DNA of 63,006 nucleotides, counting the filler, from Octopus bimaculoides (taxonomy: Eukaryota): NCBI RefSeq assembly GCF_001194135.2. It is 4 parts of 4 records of this genome, joined end to end, with 100 filler letters (N's around TTAATTAATTAA, not from the genome) between each part and the next. Parts side by side here need not be neighbours in the genome. Positions count along the whole stretch, not along the records: positions 8,785 to 38,177 come from NC_068986.1; 3 more parts are not named here. One strand, written 5' to 3'. This document shows positions 12,924 through 26,265 of the stretch, one piece after another. The first letter of the stretch is position 1; every line of letters starts with the position of its first letter. A program made the translations under genes and the position numbers. A model generated the notes under the pieces. The model was not told the DNA's origin and did not search any database. It worked only from the letters and a program-made list of their open reading frames with translations.

Positions 12924-13411
12924 AGAGATTTTAAAAAATCTTTCGCATAGAATCCATTTGTGCGCGCACGAATAACTGTATACCAAAGTTTGCAAATAAT
13001 CGCTCTCTCTNNNNNNNNNNNNNNNNNNNNNNNNNNNNNNNNNNNNNNNNNNNNNNNNNNNNNNNNNNNNNNNNNNNNNNNNNNNNNNNNNNNNNNNNNN
13101 NNNNNNNNNNNNNNNNNNNNNNNNNNNNNNNNNNNNNNNNNNNNNNNNNNNNNNNNNNNNNNNNNNNNNNNNNNNNNNNNNNNNNNNNNNNNNNNNNNNN
13201 NNNNNNNNNNNNNNNNNNNNNNNNNNNNNNNNNNNNNNNNNNNNNNNNNNNNNNNATATATATATATATACATCAAGTACACATTTTTTCAAAAGAACTA
13301 AAGCAATGATTCCCAACCTATTTTACCCCAACCCTCACTATAACGTTCCAGCAAAATGTGTGTCCCACCAGTGATTAGAAAAAAAAGTATAGGTGTATTT
13401 ATATATACACA

Positions 13412-13619
13412 CAAGGGGGTGCTGAAAATTTCCTGACTTTGGGTAAAATAAAACATAGGAGGATCAGTTAATTATGATTTTATTCAACATATTTCCCTCT
13501 CAGATTCATACGCTTATTGCAGCAGTCCTTCAGTTTCCCTAAGTCCTGTTAAAGAACGCGGAATGTTGGGCCTCCAACCAGGCCTTTCGTGACACCAGGA
13601 GCTTTTCAGCTCCCCTTCG
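13412..13619. mobile_element. TcMar-type MITE (about 210 bp)
   Basis: TIRs CAAGGGGGTGCTGAAAA / TTTTCAGCTCCCCTTCG then TA. A second copy lies at 26266-26476. Confidence 0.82.
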
Positions 13620-14435
13620 TATGATAGTGTTCTCGAGGTGACTTAGGAAACGAAGGTAGCAGACCACTAATTTAATGTAATTGATTTATGATGGATATTG
13701 GTGTTGTTTAACCACAGGTTACTCTTGATTTAGTTTGATGTTCAAGCCGTGATCATCCCATCTTTTTAATAGTTAGTATATCTATTACGAAGTTATCCAA
13801 TCTTTACTTATCTATTTTTTTCACAAAAAAGAGAATAAGGTTTTGGGTGAAATTAGGTGATTTAGACTTGGAGGAACATTTGAAAATTATTTCTAGGAGG
13901 TCATGCGGCTACACGAGGTTTCTTTGCTAACACGTAAACTTTGGAGTAGAGATCGTCGTTTCACATCCTTTGATCAACATTGGTTCAAACCCATGCCCAA
14001 GGCATTTGGCCATCATTGATAGAACCAAACCTAATTTTAAGTAAGAAAGCAAGTAAGTAAGTACATTGGTTCACTCACAGTTACATTAGGCAGTGGTAGC
14101 ATTGTAGGACCGACGAATGTCTTATCAAATGGACTTGAAAATTTTAATAAAATTTCTATTCGCTACACCAAAGAAGATATCTTCTATACACTTGCATATA
14201 TGCATCCTAATTACTCACAAATAATCTCGCTGTATACTTGTGAGTATACCTGCAATATACTACCATCCTATATAGGGCTAGGTTTATTTTTCGAAAAGTG
14301 GAAATAAGTATTGGTCCTTTATTCGTTGTAGTTAAGAAAGCCTAATTATCAAATACAATAAATAAACAAACAAATAAATAGACAAAGGCAGTGAGAGAAA
14401 AGACTAAGAATAATATCGGAATTGGCGCTCGGTGA

Positions 14436-14920
14436 CTGTAGTAGAATGGTTTACTATGGTAGAACGGCTTACTGTGGTAGAAACTTTTACTGTGCTAAAA
14501 TAGTTTTCTGCAGAAGAACAGTTAACTGTGGTAGAAGTATTAAGGTGACCGAACAGTTTTTTTGTGGTCAAAGAGCTTACAAAGGTTAAACAATTTACAG
14601 AGATAAAAAAGGTTTACTGTGGCAGAGCGGTTTACTGTGGTAAAACAGTTTAATGTAGTAGAACAGCTACCTGTGATACAGCAGCTTACTGTGGTAGAAT
14701 GGCTTGCTGTGGCTGGACGGTTTACCGTGCCAAAACGCTTTGCTGTAAGAACGTTTTACTGTGGTAGAATAGTTGACTGGTAGAACAGTTGACTGTGGGA
14801 GAATGGTCTAGCATGGTAGAACAGTTGACTGGTAGAACGGTTTACTCAAGTAGAACTGTTGACAGTGGTAGTATAGTTTACTGCGGTAAAACGGCTTACT
14901 GATAGAACAGTTTACTATAG
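14436..14920. repeat. Degenerate 18-bp minisatellite, consensus TGTGGTAGAACGGTTTAC
   Basis: About 27 diverged units, some shortened to 16 bp. Confidence 0.9.
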
Positions 14921-15365
14921 TAATACAAGTTCTTGTAGAACATGCTACATGAGTTGCACGTAACAGACTTGGCACCATCACTTGATCTTCTTAAAAATAG
15001 GGACAAAGTCTCTCTTAAAGCAAGAAGGACACATGGAGACGGCGTAGTCCTAGACAAAAAAACAGTATGGTCAATGCATAGTTACCTTTGATCATGATCA
15101 TAGGGCAACAACGTGCTTCGTAGCGGGAAATATTCAATTCAGGCTATTTTCCGCAATGTCAATTATCAGTGTTTAGAGAAGTTATTTCTCCAGGATTTAA
15201 AAAAAAAAAATTAATGATTTAACAGAAACTAATATCAGCATCATTTGAGTGCTAAACTTTGTCGTTAACTGTTAATGTGTTTATTTATTGCACAAAAAGT
15301 AGGATTTCAAAATTGGTCTGCGATTTTCCAGGTTGTTTGTTTGTTTGTTTGTTTGTTTGTTTGTT

Positions 15366-15405
<40 letters not shown>

Positions 15406-16406
15406 TCCTTCCTTCTTTCTTTCTCTCATTCTTTCTTTCTTCGATGGTGATTCTGAAGGTTTATCATGTCTAATATGTANNNNNNNNNNNNNNNNNNNNN
15501 NNNNNNNNNNNNNNNNNNNNNNNNNNNNNNNNNNNNNNNNNNNNNNNNNNNNNNNNNNNNNNNNNNNNNNNNNNNNNNNNNNNNNNNNNNNNNNNNNNNN
15601 NNNNNNNNNNNNNNNNNNNNNNNNNNNNNNNNNNNNNNNNNNNNNNNNNNNNNNNNNNNNNNNNNNNNNNNNNNNNNNNNNNNNNNNNNNNNNNNNNNNN
15701 NNNNNNNNNNNNNNNNNNNNNNNNNNNNNNNNNNNNNNNNNNNNNNNNNNNNNNNNNNNNNNNNNNNNNNNNNNNNNNNNNNNNNNNNNNNNNNNNNNNN
15801 NNNNNNNNNNNNNNNNNNNNNNNNNNNNNNNNNNNNNNNNNNNNNNNNNNNNNNNNNNNNNNNNNNNNNNNNNNNNNNNNNNNNNNNNNNNNNNNNNNNN
15901 NNNNNNNNNNNNNNNNNNNNNNNNNNNNNNNNNNNNNNNNNNNNNNNNNNNNNNNNNNNNNNNNNNNNNNNNNNNNNNNNNNNNNNNNNNNNNNNNNNNN
16001 NNNNNNNNNNNNNNNNNNNNNNNNNNNNNNNNNNNNNNNNNNNNNNNNNNNNNNNNNNNNNNNNNNNNNNNNNNNNNNNNNNNNNNNNNNNNNNNNNNNN
16101 NNNNNNNNNNNNNNNNNNNNNNNNNNNNNNNNNNNNNNNNNNNNNNNNNNNNTGAAACAAGTAAAAAATAAAAGATAAAAGATAAATATTTAAAGTTCGG
16201 TCAACCACTAATCTCTGATGACATTGATTTTCAGTCGATTCCTTAAACCGCTGGTCAGCATATGCTTCTACAAGAAGATTTTAAAAAAAAAACTTCTTTT
16301 ATTTAGAATTTATCCGAATATCAGTCGGAAGTTGGAAAACCGGTAGACGAGGTGAAAGTTTAGCAGAAATCTTAAAAGTTACCTAACTTGAAGCGATAGT
16401 CTTGAG

Positions 16407-16851
16407 TAGTGGCTCTCAACCGGGGTCTATATGGACCTTGGAGGTCCATATAAGATTTAACTGTTAAACTTTATGGAGACACTGCAAGGTATTTGACTGG
16501 ATGCTTTAACAATTCTGCCAATCCACCAATATTTACTGTAATAATCACTTCTAACATGGATATGAAAGCTGGGAAGAGGAGAAACAAAAACATGGTGTTC
16601 ATCACGCCATTCTCATGGGGCATTAACAATACACAATACACAAGATATTTAAACAGCTTTGTATACAATTCTTAATAATATTTAATCATTAAAAAAAATA
16701 TTCAATCATAAAAATATAATAGGAGTTTTTAGACGTCAAATGATTATGTCGGTCCCTGCCTCTGAGTAAAATAGCAATCAAAGTGGTCCATAGATAAAAA
16801 AATAGCAATCAAAGGGGTCCATAGGTAAAACAAAATGGTTGAGAAAAACTG
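16407..16851. mobile_element. hAT-Charlie-like MITE
   Basis: TIR-like ends TAGTGGCTCTCAACC / GGTTGAGAAAAACTG; TSD GTCTTGAG / GTCTAGAG. Related copy at 31768-32008. Confidence 0.85.
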
Positions 16852-17166
16852 GTCTAGAGCAACCGACTACATTGTGGCTTGGAGATCAGCTTGTAATACC
16901 AATCATTATGAGAAGTAAGAAATGTGATACAATAATGAAAGATGTTTTCAAAGTTCGCGCCTAACCCTTAACTTCAAATTTGCAATTATTTGGCCATGAA
17001 ACTTTCAAGTTGTCCCGTTTGCTCCTCCTCCTCCTCCTCCTACCACTACTACTACTTTTTTCCCTCTCTTCCTTTTTGATGACCGACCAGCTATTCGTGT
17101 GTTCAGTTAAACTTGCTTTAAGTTTTGCTTCATAAGCTTGCAAATCTTGGCTTGCGATGTTTTGTA

Positions 17167-18406
17167 TTGTGTCATCCTATAACTAATGCGGTTTTTTTAT
17201 ACTTCAAAATTGAGATAAACAAAGTTCTTTTTTAATCTAAAATATTCTCTCCTTCATCAATAATGTTCTTCTATCTATCTGGTAGACTTGTAAGGCCCCT
17301 CTTCCAAAATTCACTTGTCCATTACGAAAAATATTCCTTCACTACTGTTCTGACTTCGTCTACAGAATTCCTATTTTTCCGTCCAAATGATATTGAAGAC
17401 TGCGGAATAAATGATAATCAGATGGGGCAATGTCCGGCGAATATGCTGGGTGGGGCATCGTTTCCCATTCAAACTGCTCCAGCCTTTGGAATGTCATCCT
17501 CGCTGTATGTGGCCGAACATTATCCTGATGGAAGAACACCTTTAGTCTTGAAACCAAAGATGGTCGCTTTTCTTATAGCGCTGACTTAAACTGCTCAAGC
17601 TGTTTGCAGTAGATTTCCTTTGTTATCGTTTGGTTTGGGTTTAAAAGTTCAAAGTGGACTAAATCTTTTATATTCCACCAAACAGATAACAACACCTTAC
17701 GTGGGTGAAAAATTTTTTTGCTCCTTTCTCTACCCACTGTCTTCGGCGCTTGACATTTTTATAGAGAGCCCATTTCTCGTTACCAGTCACTATTCGGTCC
17801 GAAAAAAAAGGTTCATTCGTGAGACGTGACAGCAAAGAAGAGCACACATTCACTCTATGCGCGCCATTAGATTCGGAAAGTTTGTGGGGAATCTATTGAC
17901 TCAATTTGCTGACTTTTCCGATGATACACGGGTGTCGATGAATGGTTGAATGACCAAATTCAAGCCTCTCTGCTAGTTTTTCAACAGTTACTAAGGGATT
18001 TTATTCCACCAGGGTTTGTAGGACGACCTCGTCCAGCTCTATTGATTTTTCTAAGACGAGGCTTATCTTATAGACTGTAATTTCTGGCTCAGAATGTCTG
18101 GAACCACCGTTGACACTGGCTTATTGTCCGATCCCCATATATTGCAATCATATTCCACGCACTTTCCGTTGCGTTGTTGCCTTTATTGAACTCATAAAGC
18201 AAAATATGCCGAATACTCCTTTGTCACTTTCATTATAGCTTTAAAAAAATAACCGTTAAAATCGAACTGCACTCATCAAAACTTGTACTAAAGAAATGGA
18301 CAAGGTAAAATTACTACCTGCATTTATAGCAGGTAGTTTATCCCGCCCCCGTCCGACTTTTAGTTCATGCAATTGAAAAAACCGCATTATTTTTGGGATA
18401 ACCCAG
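17167..18406 (-). mobile_element. Full-length but inactivated mariner (DD34D) DNA transposon
   Basis: Imperfect TIRs (TTGTGTCATCCTATAACTAATGCGG vs CTGGGTTATCCCAAAAATAATGCGG) with TA on both sides, 1240 bp. Frameshifted transposase with IVTGNEKW, FHQDNVRPH and HPAYSPDIAPSDYHLF motifs. Confidence 0.93.
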
Positions 18407-19429
18407 TATATATATATATATNNNNNNNNNNNNNNNNNNNNNNNNNNNNNNNNNNNNNNNNNNNNNNNNNNNNNNNNNNNNNNNNNNNNNNNNNNNNNTA
18501 TATATACATATATATATGAATTATTCTGATATACATAACTGGTGTACACACGCATTTAAGTGATTTGATACCTGACGTAAGTGGAGACTCATTTCTTATA
18601 GTATGTTCTCACATAGCAGTCCCCTCTCCATTTTTATATAATTTCTGCTCAAAGTCAGCAACCTAAATTCTATCTTGCCCACCCACCACATCTTTCTCTC
18701 TTCCTCTGTCACTCTCTCTCTCTCTCACCCTTAGTCTCTCTCTCTCGCCCTCTCTCTCCTTCTCCTCCTCCCCTCTCTCCGCTCTTTCTCTGCTCTTTGT
18801 TTCTCCATCAGCCCGCCTTTTTTTCTTTTACTTCTCTACGGGCATTTTTCTCATGTTGAAGAGTGTAATAATTGCAAACAGGCATTTTCTGACCTGGACT
18901 GCAGCTGTGAAAAAGAAAATTAGGTTATGATAACAGCGTTAACTTTATAAAATGTATTTGAACAGATCTTCTGTATCAAATTTGTTTTAATTAATACGAA
19001 ATGTGGCACAACTCAACCACATTGATTCCATTCTTGAATTTGTTTAAGTCATTAAGGCTGCAGCCAGCCATGTTGGTGCAGTGTTTTTTGGAGGTGACTG
19101 CTCCTTCTTGTTGTTGTCACCACTGCTACAGGTCGTGACGTTCATGTTTGGTCATATTTGATAACGCAATCTGTTAAAATCAGCAAGTTTTTGCAGATTG
19201 TTCTGCTGGTTTTTTTTTTTTTATTATTATTTTTCTTCCATATAGTTGATTATAAACACTAAAATATAGCGCAATTATATAATCATTGTAAATGAAATTT
19301 AAAAAAAAATCCTCAGCTATTTTTTCTTTTTCTTTTCTTTGCGTTTTTTTTTTTTTTTTTTTTTTAAGCATTTGAGCTACAATTGCAAGTGTGGGAAAAA
19401 ATACACTTGCATTGCACCAAGTAATACAG

Positions 19430-19626
19430 ATTTCAAATTCTGGCACAATGCCAGCAATTTCGGGGGCGGGGTTAAGTCGATTTCATCGACCCTGGAAACT
19501 CAGCTGGTATTTATTTAATCGATCCCGAAAAGAGGAAAGGCAAAGTCGACTCAGAACGAGAAGGCGGACTAAATATCACTATGCATTTTGCCCGGCGCGC
19601 TAACGATTCTGCCAGCTCGCCGCCTT
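19430..19626 (-). mobile_element. SINE family A copy (CpG-intact)
   Basis: Reverse complement of the family A consensus seen elsewhere in the window. Confidence 0.85.
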
Positions 19627-19799
19627 ATTTCAGCATGTAATATAAACTGGCTTTTTGAAATCCCATAGAGTGACAGATTTAATTCGTAACCAAATTTATA
19701 TGCACACTTACGTACGTACGTACATACATACATACATACATAAATACATACATACATACATACTTTCATGTATATATATGTATGTATGCATGCCTGTAT

Positions 19800-20235
19800 A
19801 TCCTGAGTGTGCCTTTAAACTGGACTTTGCAGAGAGGCCTTAGTGCAGGACTTCAAGGATTTTAAGAAGTGCCGAACTACTGCTTACCCACTATTATTCC
19901 CAGATCTTCTCTTATCCGGAGTAGTAGCACCTGTTAAGGTCCCAAATATGGCTTAATTAGCATGTGGACCAGTGGTAGTGGAACACCATAGTTCGCGTTA
20001 GAACCTCCTTTAGTCGAGAGTAAAGTCGTATAAAAGAAAGTCTGAAGTGCAGCTGGTTTCTGATCGTCTCACCCTTTGTGATGCTACTGGTTTTATAGCT
20101 GATTGTACTGAAAAGCGGATTCAATTCCGTGCAACCCTTTACCCACTCAGAACAAATGCAAGCATAAGAATCTATAGAACACTTAGAACGTTTGAGCAGA
20201 CTTACTGAGTTTCGGATGTAGTCTTACTCGGTCAT
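19800..20235. repeat. About 430-bp interspersed repeat, copy 1
   Basis: Aligns end to end by eye with 26800-27200; no ORF. Confidence 0.75.
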
Positions 20236-20881
20236 AAGTTGACTTCCACCATGCATGCATGTACTTACGTACGTACGCACGTATGTATGTATGTATGTAT
20301 GTATGTATGTATGTATGTATGTATGTATGTATGCATGTATGTTTTTTGTCTATTCCTAATTATTTCAATTCTTTCTTTGAAGAAGGAGCTGGTTTTTAAC
20401 TAAGTTACAAAGCTCCATCACTGGAATGTAGATAATGAAAGCAAAGTCATATTTTAAACCTGAGAAAAGTCTTGCATAGTTTCGCTTACAGATTGTATTT
20501 GTAATGTGCGAGTCACTTGGTTGATTTCTGTCACTGAAAATCCAAGCTTATCAGATTACACCAATTATTATTATTATAAATGTAATTTTGCATTTATGTA
20601 TGTATGTATGTATGTATGTATGTATGTACAAACGTTTGTGTGTTTATTTGTATGTATAAATGCATAAAATGCTTGTATGGCTTCTCGTTGTTCATCAGGT
20701 CTCATGAACAGCCATGTTTATCTTCCTTTGTGGGTCGTTAAATGACTGTATATCTCGATTTTTGGCGCGCAAGTTTATTGTCAGACAGTACATGTAAATG
20801 TTCGGTTTAAGGCCAGGTGTTACTTTGCATGCATGCTTTTCTTCTTGCTGCAAGTGTTTCGTTCTCTGTCTGTCTGTCTGC

Positions 20882-21001
<120 letters not shown>

Positions 21002-22664
21002 ATATATATCTATAGTCAATCCCTCTCCAACAGTAAAGATAGTTAAAGTAAATGGCAGCTAGCATTGCCTACTTTTTGTCATGGGTTGATGGTTATTCCT
21101 TGAAGTGTTCTCATTCGTATACGCACACATACAAATTGTAGCAGACGTTCATTCCTACACAAACGAGCATTTCAAGTGACACAGCCATTGTTTAACTTCC
21201 CGCACTCTGAGAATGTGCTCTAAGTACTACCCCTTCCAAAAACAAAATAAAACGAAAGAAAACAAAAAGAAAACAAAAGAACAACTGTTTCTATGTAAAC
21301 CATATTATATCGTAAAGTTGCAAACTAATCATGCTATTAAATATCACTAAATGTCACCATATCATATACAAACTTATAGATGAGAAGAAAAATTATGCAA
21401 ACAGGCGCACGCACATACACAAGCATGCACCCTCACACACACACACACACATTCATTTTTTATATTCCTGTTGGACTTGGTTAATACTGCACAAGTAGCT
21501 TATTGTTTAAAATTTGAAAAACAAAACCAGTATGTATACACATATATTATATACATATATATAAACATATGCGAATATGCATATTTGCGCGTGCGCATTA
21601 TATATATGTGTGTGTGTATATATAAATATGTGTGTGTANNNNNNNNNNCATTATATATATGTGTATATAAATATATGTATATATATACACACACAGGGAT
21701 ACATACGTATGATATGATTAGTTCTGTTTTCCATTATTTTTTTCCTTTCCATTCTTCTTTGTTGGCTTTCTTTTTTCTTTCTTTCGACAATTTGAAATAC
21801 TCACTTTGAAATACTTTAGTTTTAGACAATAACTCATTTGTGCACTATTTAACATAAGCCAATACCAACCACATGCGTATTACAGAATTGAGACAGAAGT
21901 GAAAATAATTCTATTTCTATGGAAATAGACACATTTAATCTCGTTCCAAAATCGATTTAACATGTGTTCTTGAAAAGACACATTACCAGTAAAATATAAC
22001 TGAATTTTATATATGTATATGTGTGTGACAAAAGAAAAGGTACTCAATACAGGGAGCAAAATTAGTGTCTTTAATTAAAAGAAGCCAATGGTGCATATCG
22101 CCATACAGATTATGTTAGGATGTGGAATTTTTTTCAGATAAAGACATGTTGCATCTTCTTGCTCCATTAAGAGTATGCTTCACAGAAGCGTTTTCGATTC
22201 TCTAAATTTTGAATCGCATTGATACAGTGAGGTGATATTTTTTCTGTCTCTAAACTTAAATGCATGTCGTACTGCTTCAGTCTGATGTTTTTCACAAAGA
22301 GAGAAACTGATGCAATGAAAATATATTAGATAACAGTTTTGCTAAGTTTGAGACTATAATTAAAGCACAACGCCTTTAAATTTTTCTCAAAATAAACGCA
22401 ACATGAATATTCATATGAGTGTCAAAATTTTATGGATGATATCCGACCTAACACGGGACCCTGCTTGACACTACTACTCGATCCTTGTATAGTACGACTC
22501 CACTACCATCTGCTCCTTGGCTGACAGGACTAATACGAACCCTGTTTAACAACACTACTTGGTCCTTGTGCGGTAGGACCGGTCGATGCCTTATCGGTTT
22601 AGGTGTGTTTATGTCTCCGTAACTTAGCGGTTCGGCAAAAGAGTGCGGTAGAATAAGTGCTAGG

Positions 22665-23375
22665 CTTGATCTTCGTTATCATCCTCATACTCTTGTTCTC
22701 TTGCTTCGTCTTCGGAAGCGGTAAACCCAAGGTAAACTGGAATTGAGAGTGTCTCAAAGTGCAAAATAGGTCTAATTGCTGACGGAATATTGGGATAGGA
22801 TATTTTACGCCTATTTTTCTGGCCGATGCCTTTTGTCGTTGACCATACAAAAATAACAGTCACTGGTGTGGTCTCTGAGTTCTCGCCAAAACTATAGAAG
22901 TTCCAAACGGCGAGCCCTTTCGTTTTCCTTTTGTCCAGTCACGAAACATTTCCTCACAGTTATGGCATACAACATGAGGGACCCATTTTTTTTATCTCGT
23001 TCGCCTAGGAGAATTCCAAAATAGGCTTTATAAGCCCGTCTCACAAACAATGTGATATTGCGCCTTTGACGAATAAGTGTGAAGGAGCCACAGACATAGA
23101 TGAAGCCATCAGGATTATTCACGCATCTATGTCTACTTGAAGAAGCCATGATCAGATCTGAAAAAACACAATTGTCAATTCTCTGAAAGTAGGATATATG
23201 TATCTAATATGTCAAATTTAACTATAAATGTACAAAAAAGTTAATTTTCAGATTGCAAGAAAACTGGAGCATGGAGAGAAATACCGATTAGAGATTTGAA
23301 ATTAGCACAAAAATGTTAAAATTAGTAAAAACAAATCTCACACAACAAAAAAAAAAAGAAAAAGATTGTTCAGTA
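22665..23375 (-). mobile_element. 5' fragment of a Chapaev3-like DNA transposon
   Basis: MASSSRHRCVNNPDGFIYVCGSFTLIRQRRNITLFVRRAYKAYFGILLGERDK, then after a frameshift KGIGQKNRRKISYPNIPSAIRPILH. These match my recollection of the Cys/His-rich N-terminus of Chapaev3 transposases. Possible terminus TACTGAACAA near 23375. Confidence 0.7.
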
Positions 23376-23642
23376 TTATTTGCTGATCTGTATTTCATTG
23401 GGATTCAAAAACGAGGAGCAGCAGGGCGTCAATCGAGTTGAAATGAAATTGAAACTAAAACAAATTCGACTTTACGAACGTCAAATAGGAAATACCTAGT
23501 TTTGTACTGAAGTAGGACTTCCGCAATATTTTCCTTTTTTATTGTCATTGTATATTTAGTTTAGTGAGGCCGTATCGGTTATTAACCTGCTAGTTTCATG
23601 CGATGTAATTGTATAATAGATATATAGCTGATTCAGTTAAAC

Positions 23643-24148
23643 CAGGGGTCGCCATAGGGGGTCTGAGGGACTCCCTAGGGGTCGTCGAGGAATTACAGGA
23701 TCTCGATGATAGCCAAAGGGTCAAATGGGGGTCGGCGTGCGAAAGACCAGCTCAACCAGATGAACTGCTTGAGATACTTAGTCAGCGGCATGCTCATCCC
23801 TCACGTTGATGTTGTCAATTTCAATAAAAGATATTCCAGCAATATGATGCGTTTTTCACGTTTTCTAACCGTGAAAACAATTTCATAAAAATTGAAAGTT
23901 TAATACTATATACTCGAACACGTACTTTTAAATGTAAAAAGTATGTGTCATCTTCAATAGAATTTCTTAATTTGTCGTACATGTATATTTTTGCTAACAT
24001 TTTAGTTGCCAGCATCAGTATCCGGTACACATTTAAGATATGGTACGGAAAGGTGGGGTATTAAGATATTTTAAATGAAGAGGGCGGTCGATGTGGAAGG
24101 AGAAGTGGCTAAAGGGGTCGATGGTTGAAAAAGGTTTGGCGACCGCTG
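23643..24148. mobile_element. Non-autonomous hAT (Charlie-like) MITE
   Basis: TIRs CAGGGGTCGCCA / TGGCGACCGCTG and a perfect 8-bp TSD AGTTAAAC at 23635-23642 and 24149-24156. Confidence 0.92.
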
Positions 24149-25817
24149 AGTTAAACTATCAAGTTATAAAATATTAGCAGATAATAACGAAGTTGAATGA
24201 CTAACATACTTTCATAAAAGTAGCCTAACTAATCTTAAATCTTGAAAAGTTAAAAACACTGTTATTCTGTTTAAACTCACATACAGTGAATGAATGAATG
24301 TGTGTGTGCGCGCGCGCGGTAATGAAAAATACAATAAGACTAAACAGTCACTACAAGTAAACCAGTACACAAAATTTTCATAAGCCTACGTGTACCGTTC
24401 TGTTTCACCAATTCAACTCTAGTAATAGTTTTTATATAAGCGAGAGAAAGACCATTGAGAGAGAAAATATACCTTAAGATGTATATGATTATTGCAAAAG
24501 TAACTAGTTATTTATTATTATTTTTTTTTTATGAAATATAAGTTGGTAAGAGATGAAAAGCAAATAAGTAATGTTTCTGATAAATATGCAGCGAATCCCT
24601 TCTCAAATTTCGTAATTAATTCACCAGATATTTTGGATTTGTTAATGTTTTATTTCCGGTAATGCTTTACTCTATGAATGATCGAAGGTAGAGGGACAAG
24701 AAAATGATTAAAATGATAAATAAATTATAACAGAACGATGCGGCTGGTTAGGAAGTTACAACGATGACCTGACGGAATAATATTTCATTTGTGTTGTTCC
24801 TTGTACTGCACTGGACTTGAAAGTGCAGTCAGCAATGAAGGTTTTGTGCTGTTGCCAAGTGTTTTCATTCGTTTTTTGTAGTGCTGAGCTCAAATTTTGC
24901 CTTAGAGAAGGCAATAGAAAACCACGTTCGCGTTTCCTTTCTATAACGCCCGGTGGGCGTTGAGCAGGTCCAGGTGGGCGCTAGTGTCTAAGAGGGTGGT
25001 GTGGGGGTGGTACAGAAAAAGGAGGCATTGAGAGGAAGGCAGTGGAGTGGGAGACGCTATGATTTATAATATTATTATAGTATTGTATACAAATTATATA
25101 TTATATTAAATATCAAATGATTCATAATATATATAAATTAGTAAAATATAAAATATTTATTTATACAAAAAAAATAGAGGTGGGGCGCTGAGGGTATTAT
25201 GTGGCCATGAGGTGGTTCAAAAAGTTTGAGAACTTCTGCTGTAGATGCTTTATCTGTTGGAGTGCTGAGTGTCAGATGTCATGCTATACAGATATATAGA
25301 GACATGAAAAGGATTACACATTCACACAATACAGTGTGGTTGAGAAATCCTATGTGATTTTTAAAAAATTATTTATTCATTTATTTTTACATTACAATCA
25401 TGCTGATACTGTTTCATATGAATCTGTTGGCGGTGCCATTCCATTGCCATATATAGTCAGAATAATTCACTGATGAAACAACAGATGCCTAATATTTAAA
25501 TCACCTAACCAATCTTATTGATTCTATCTCAACTCTTCCTGCTGAAGGCAAAGGCTGTTGCGACCTCACTGCAAAATTTTGATAGAAAGAGAAGAGCCAT
25601 AGTGAACTGGCTCATTTCTAGGGTCTTGATTTATCGAGATGAAATATATGAAAGACAATGCCTACCATATGGTGGGATTGAAGCATTAAATCGAGAACCA
25701 GTGACCTCTCTATCGTATAGCATCGAGTCGTGTCATACCATTTTATCAATAGTTAGTTGTTTTAAGGAGATGTACTCGCATAGCAAGTGACCTGATCTGA
25801 GATCGTGTGCTGGAACG

Positions 25818-26031
25818 AAAACAATTGTAGCGTGGAAGGTGTTTATAAGCCATTTATATGCATCTGTGCTGCATTCTATGATGCAGCGCAAAATTTTGTC
25901 AGTGAACAGGTCGCGGTCTCAAAGCGACGAAAATATTTTGACAAATTAAATTTAAATGTTGAAGTGAATCTAACAGTTTTTGTGTGTTATTTTAAATGGC
26001 TTATAAACACCTTCCACGCTGCAATTGTTTT
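25818..26031. mobile_element. Fold-back MITE with 38-bp TIRs
   Basis: AAAACAATTGTAGCGTGGAAGGTGTTTATAAGCCATTT and its reverse complement (one mismatch) at 25994-26031. Confidence 0.8.
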
Positions 26032-26265
26032 AATTGTTTTAATATCTCCTTTAAATCATACGTGCATTTGTCAATGGTCAAATTATCTATAATGAATGGA
26101 GGTGTAAATCTCATGACCATTTGTGAGTACGAAACAGCACTGAAGATACTGCTGCGTTCAATATTTACCACAAATGAGCATAGGAAAGTATAACCTTCTT
26201 CATAAGTTTGTTAGTTTCAACGCAAAGCTGTACAACTTCATGGTTTCTGCTTTCGGTTAAACATA

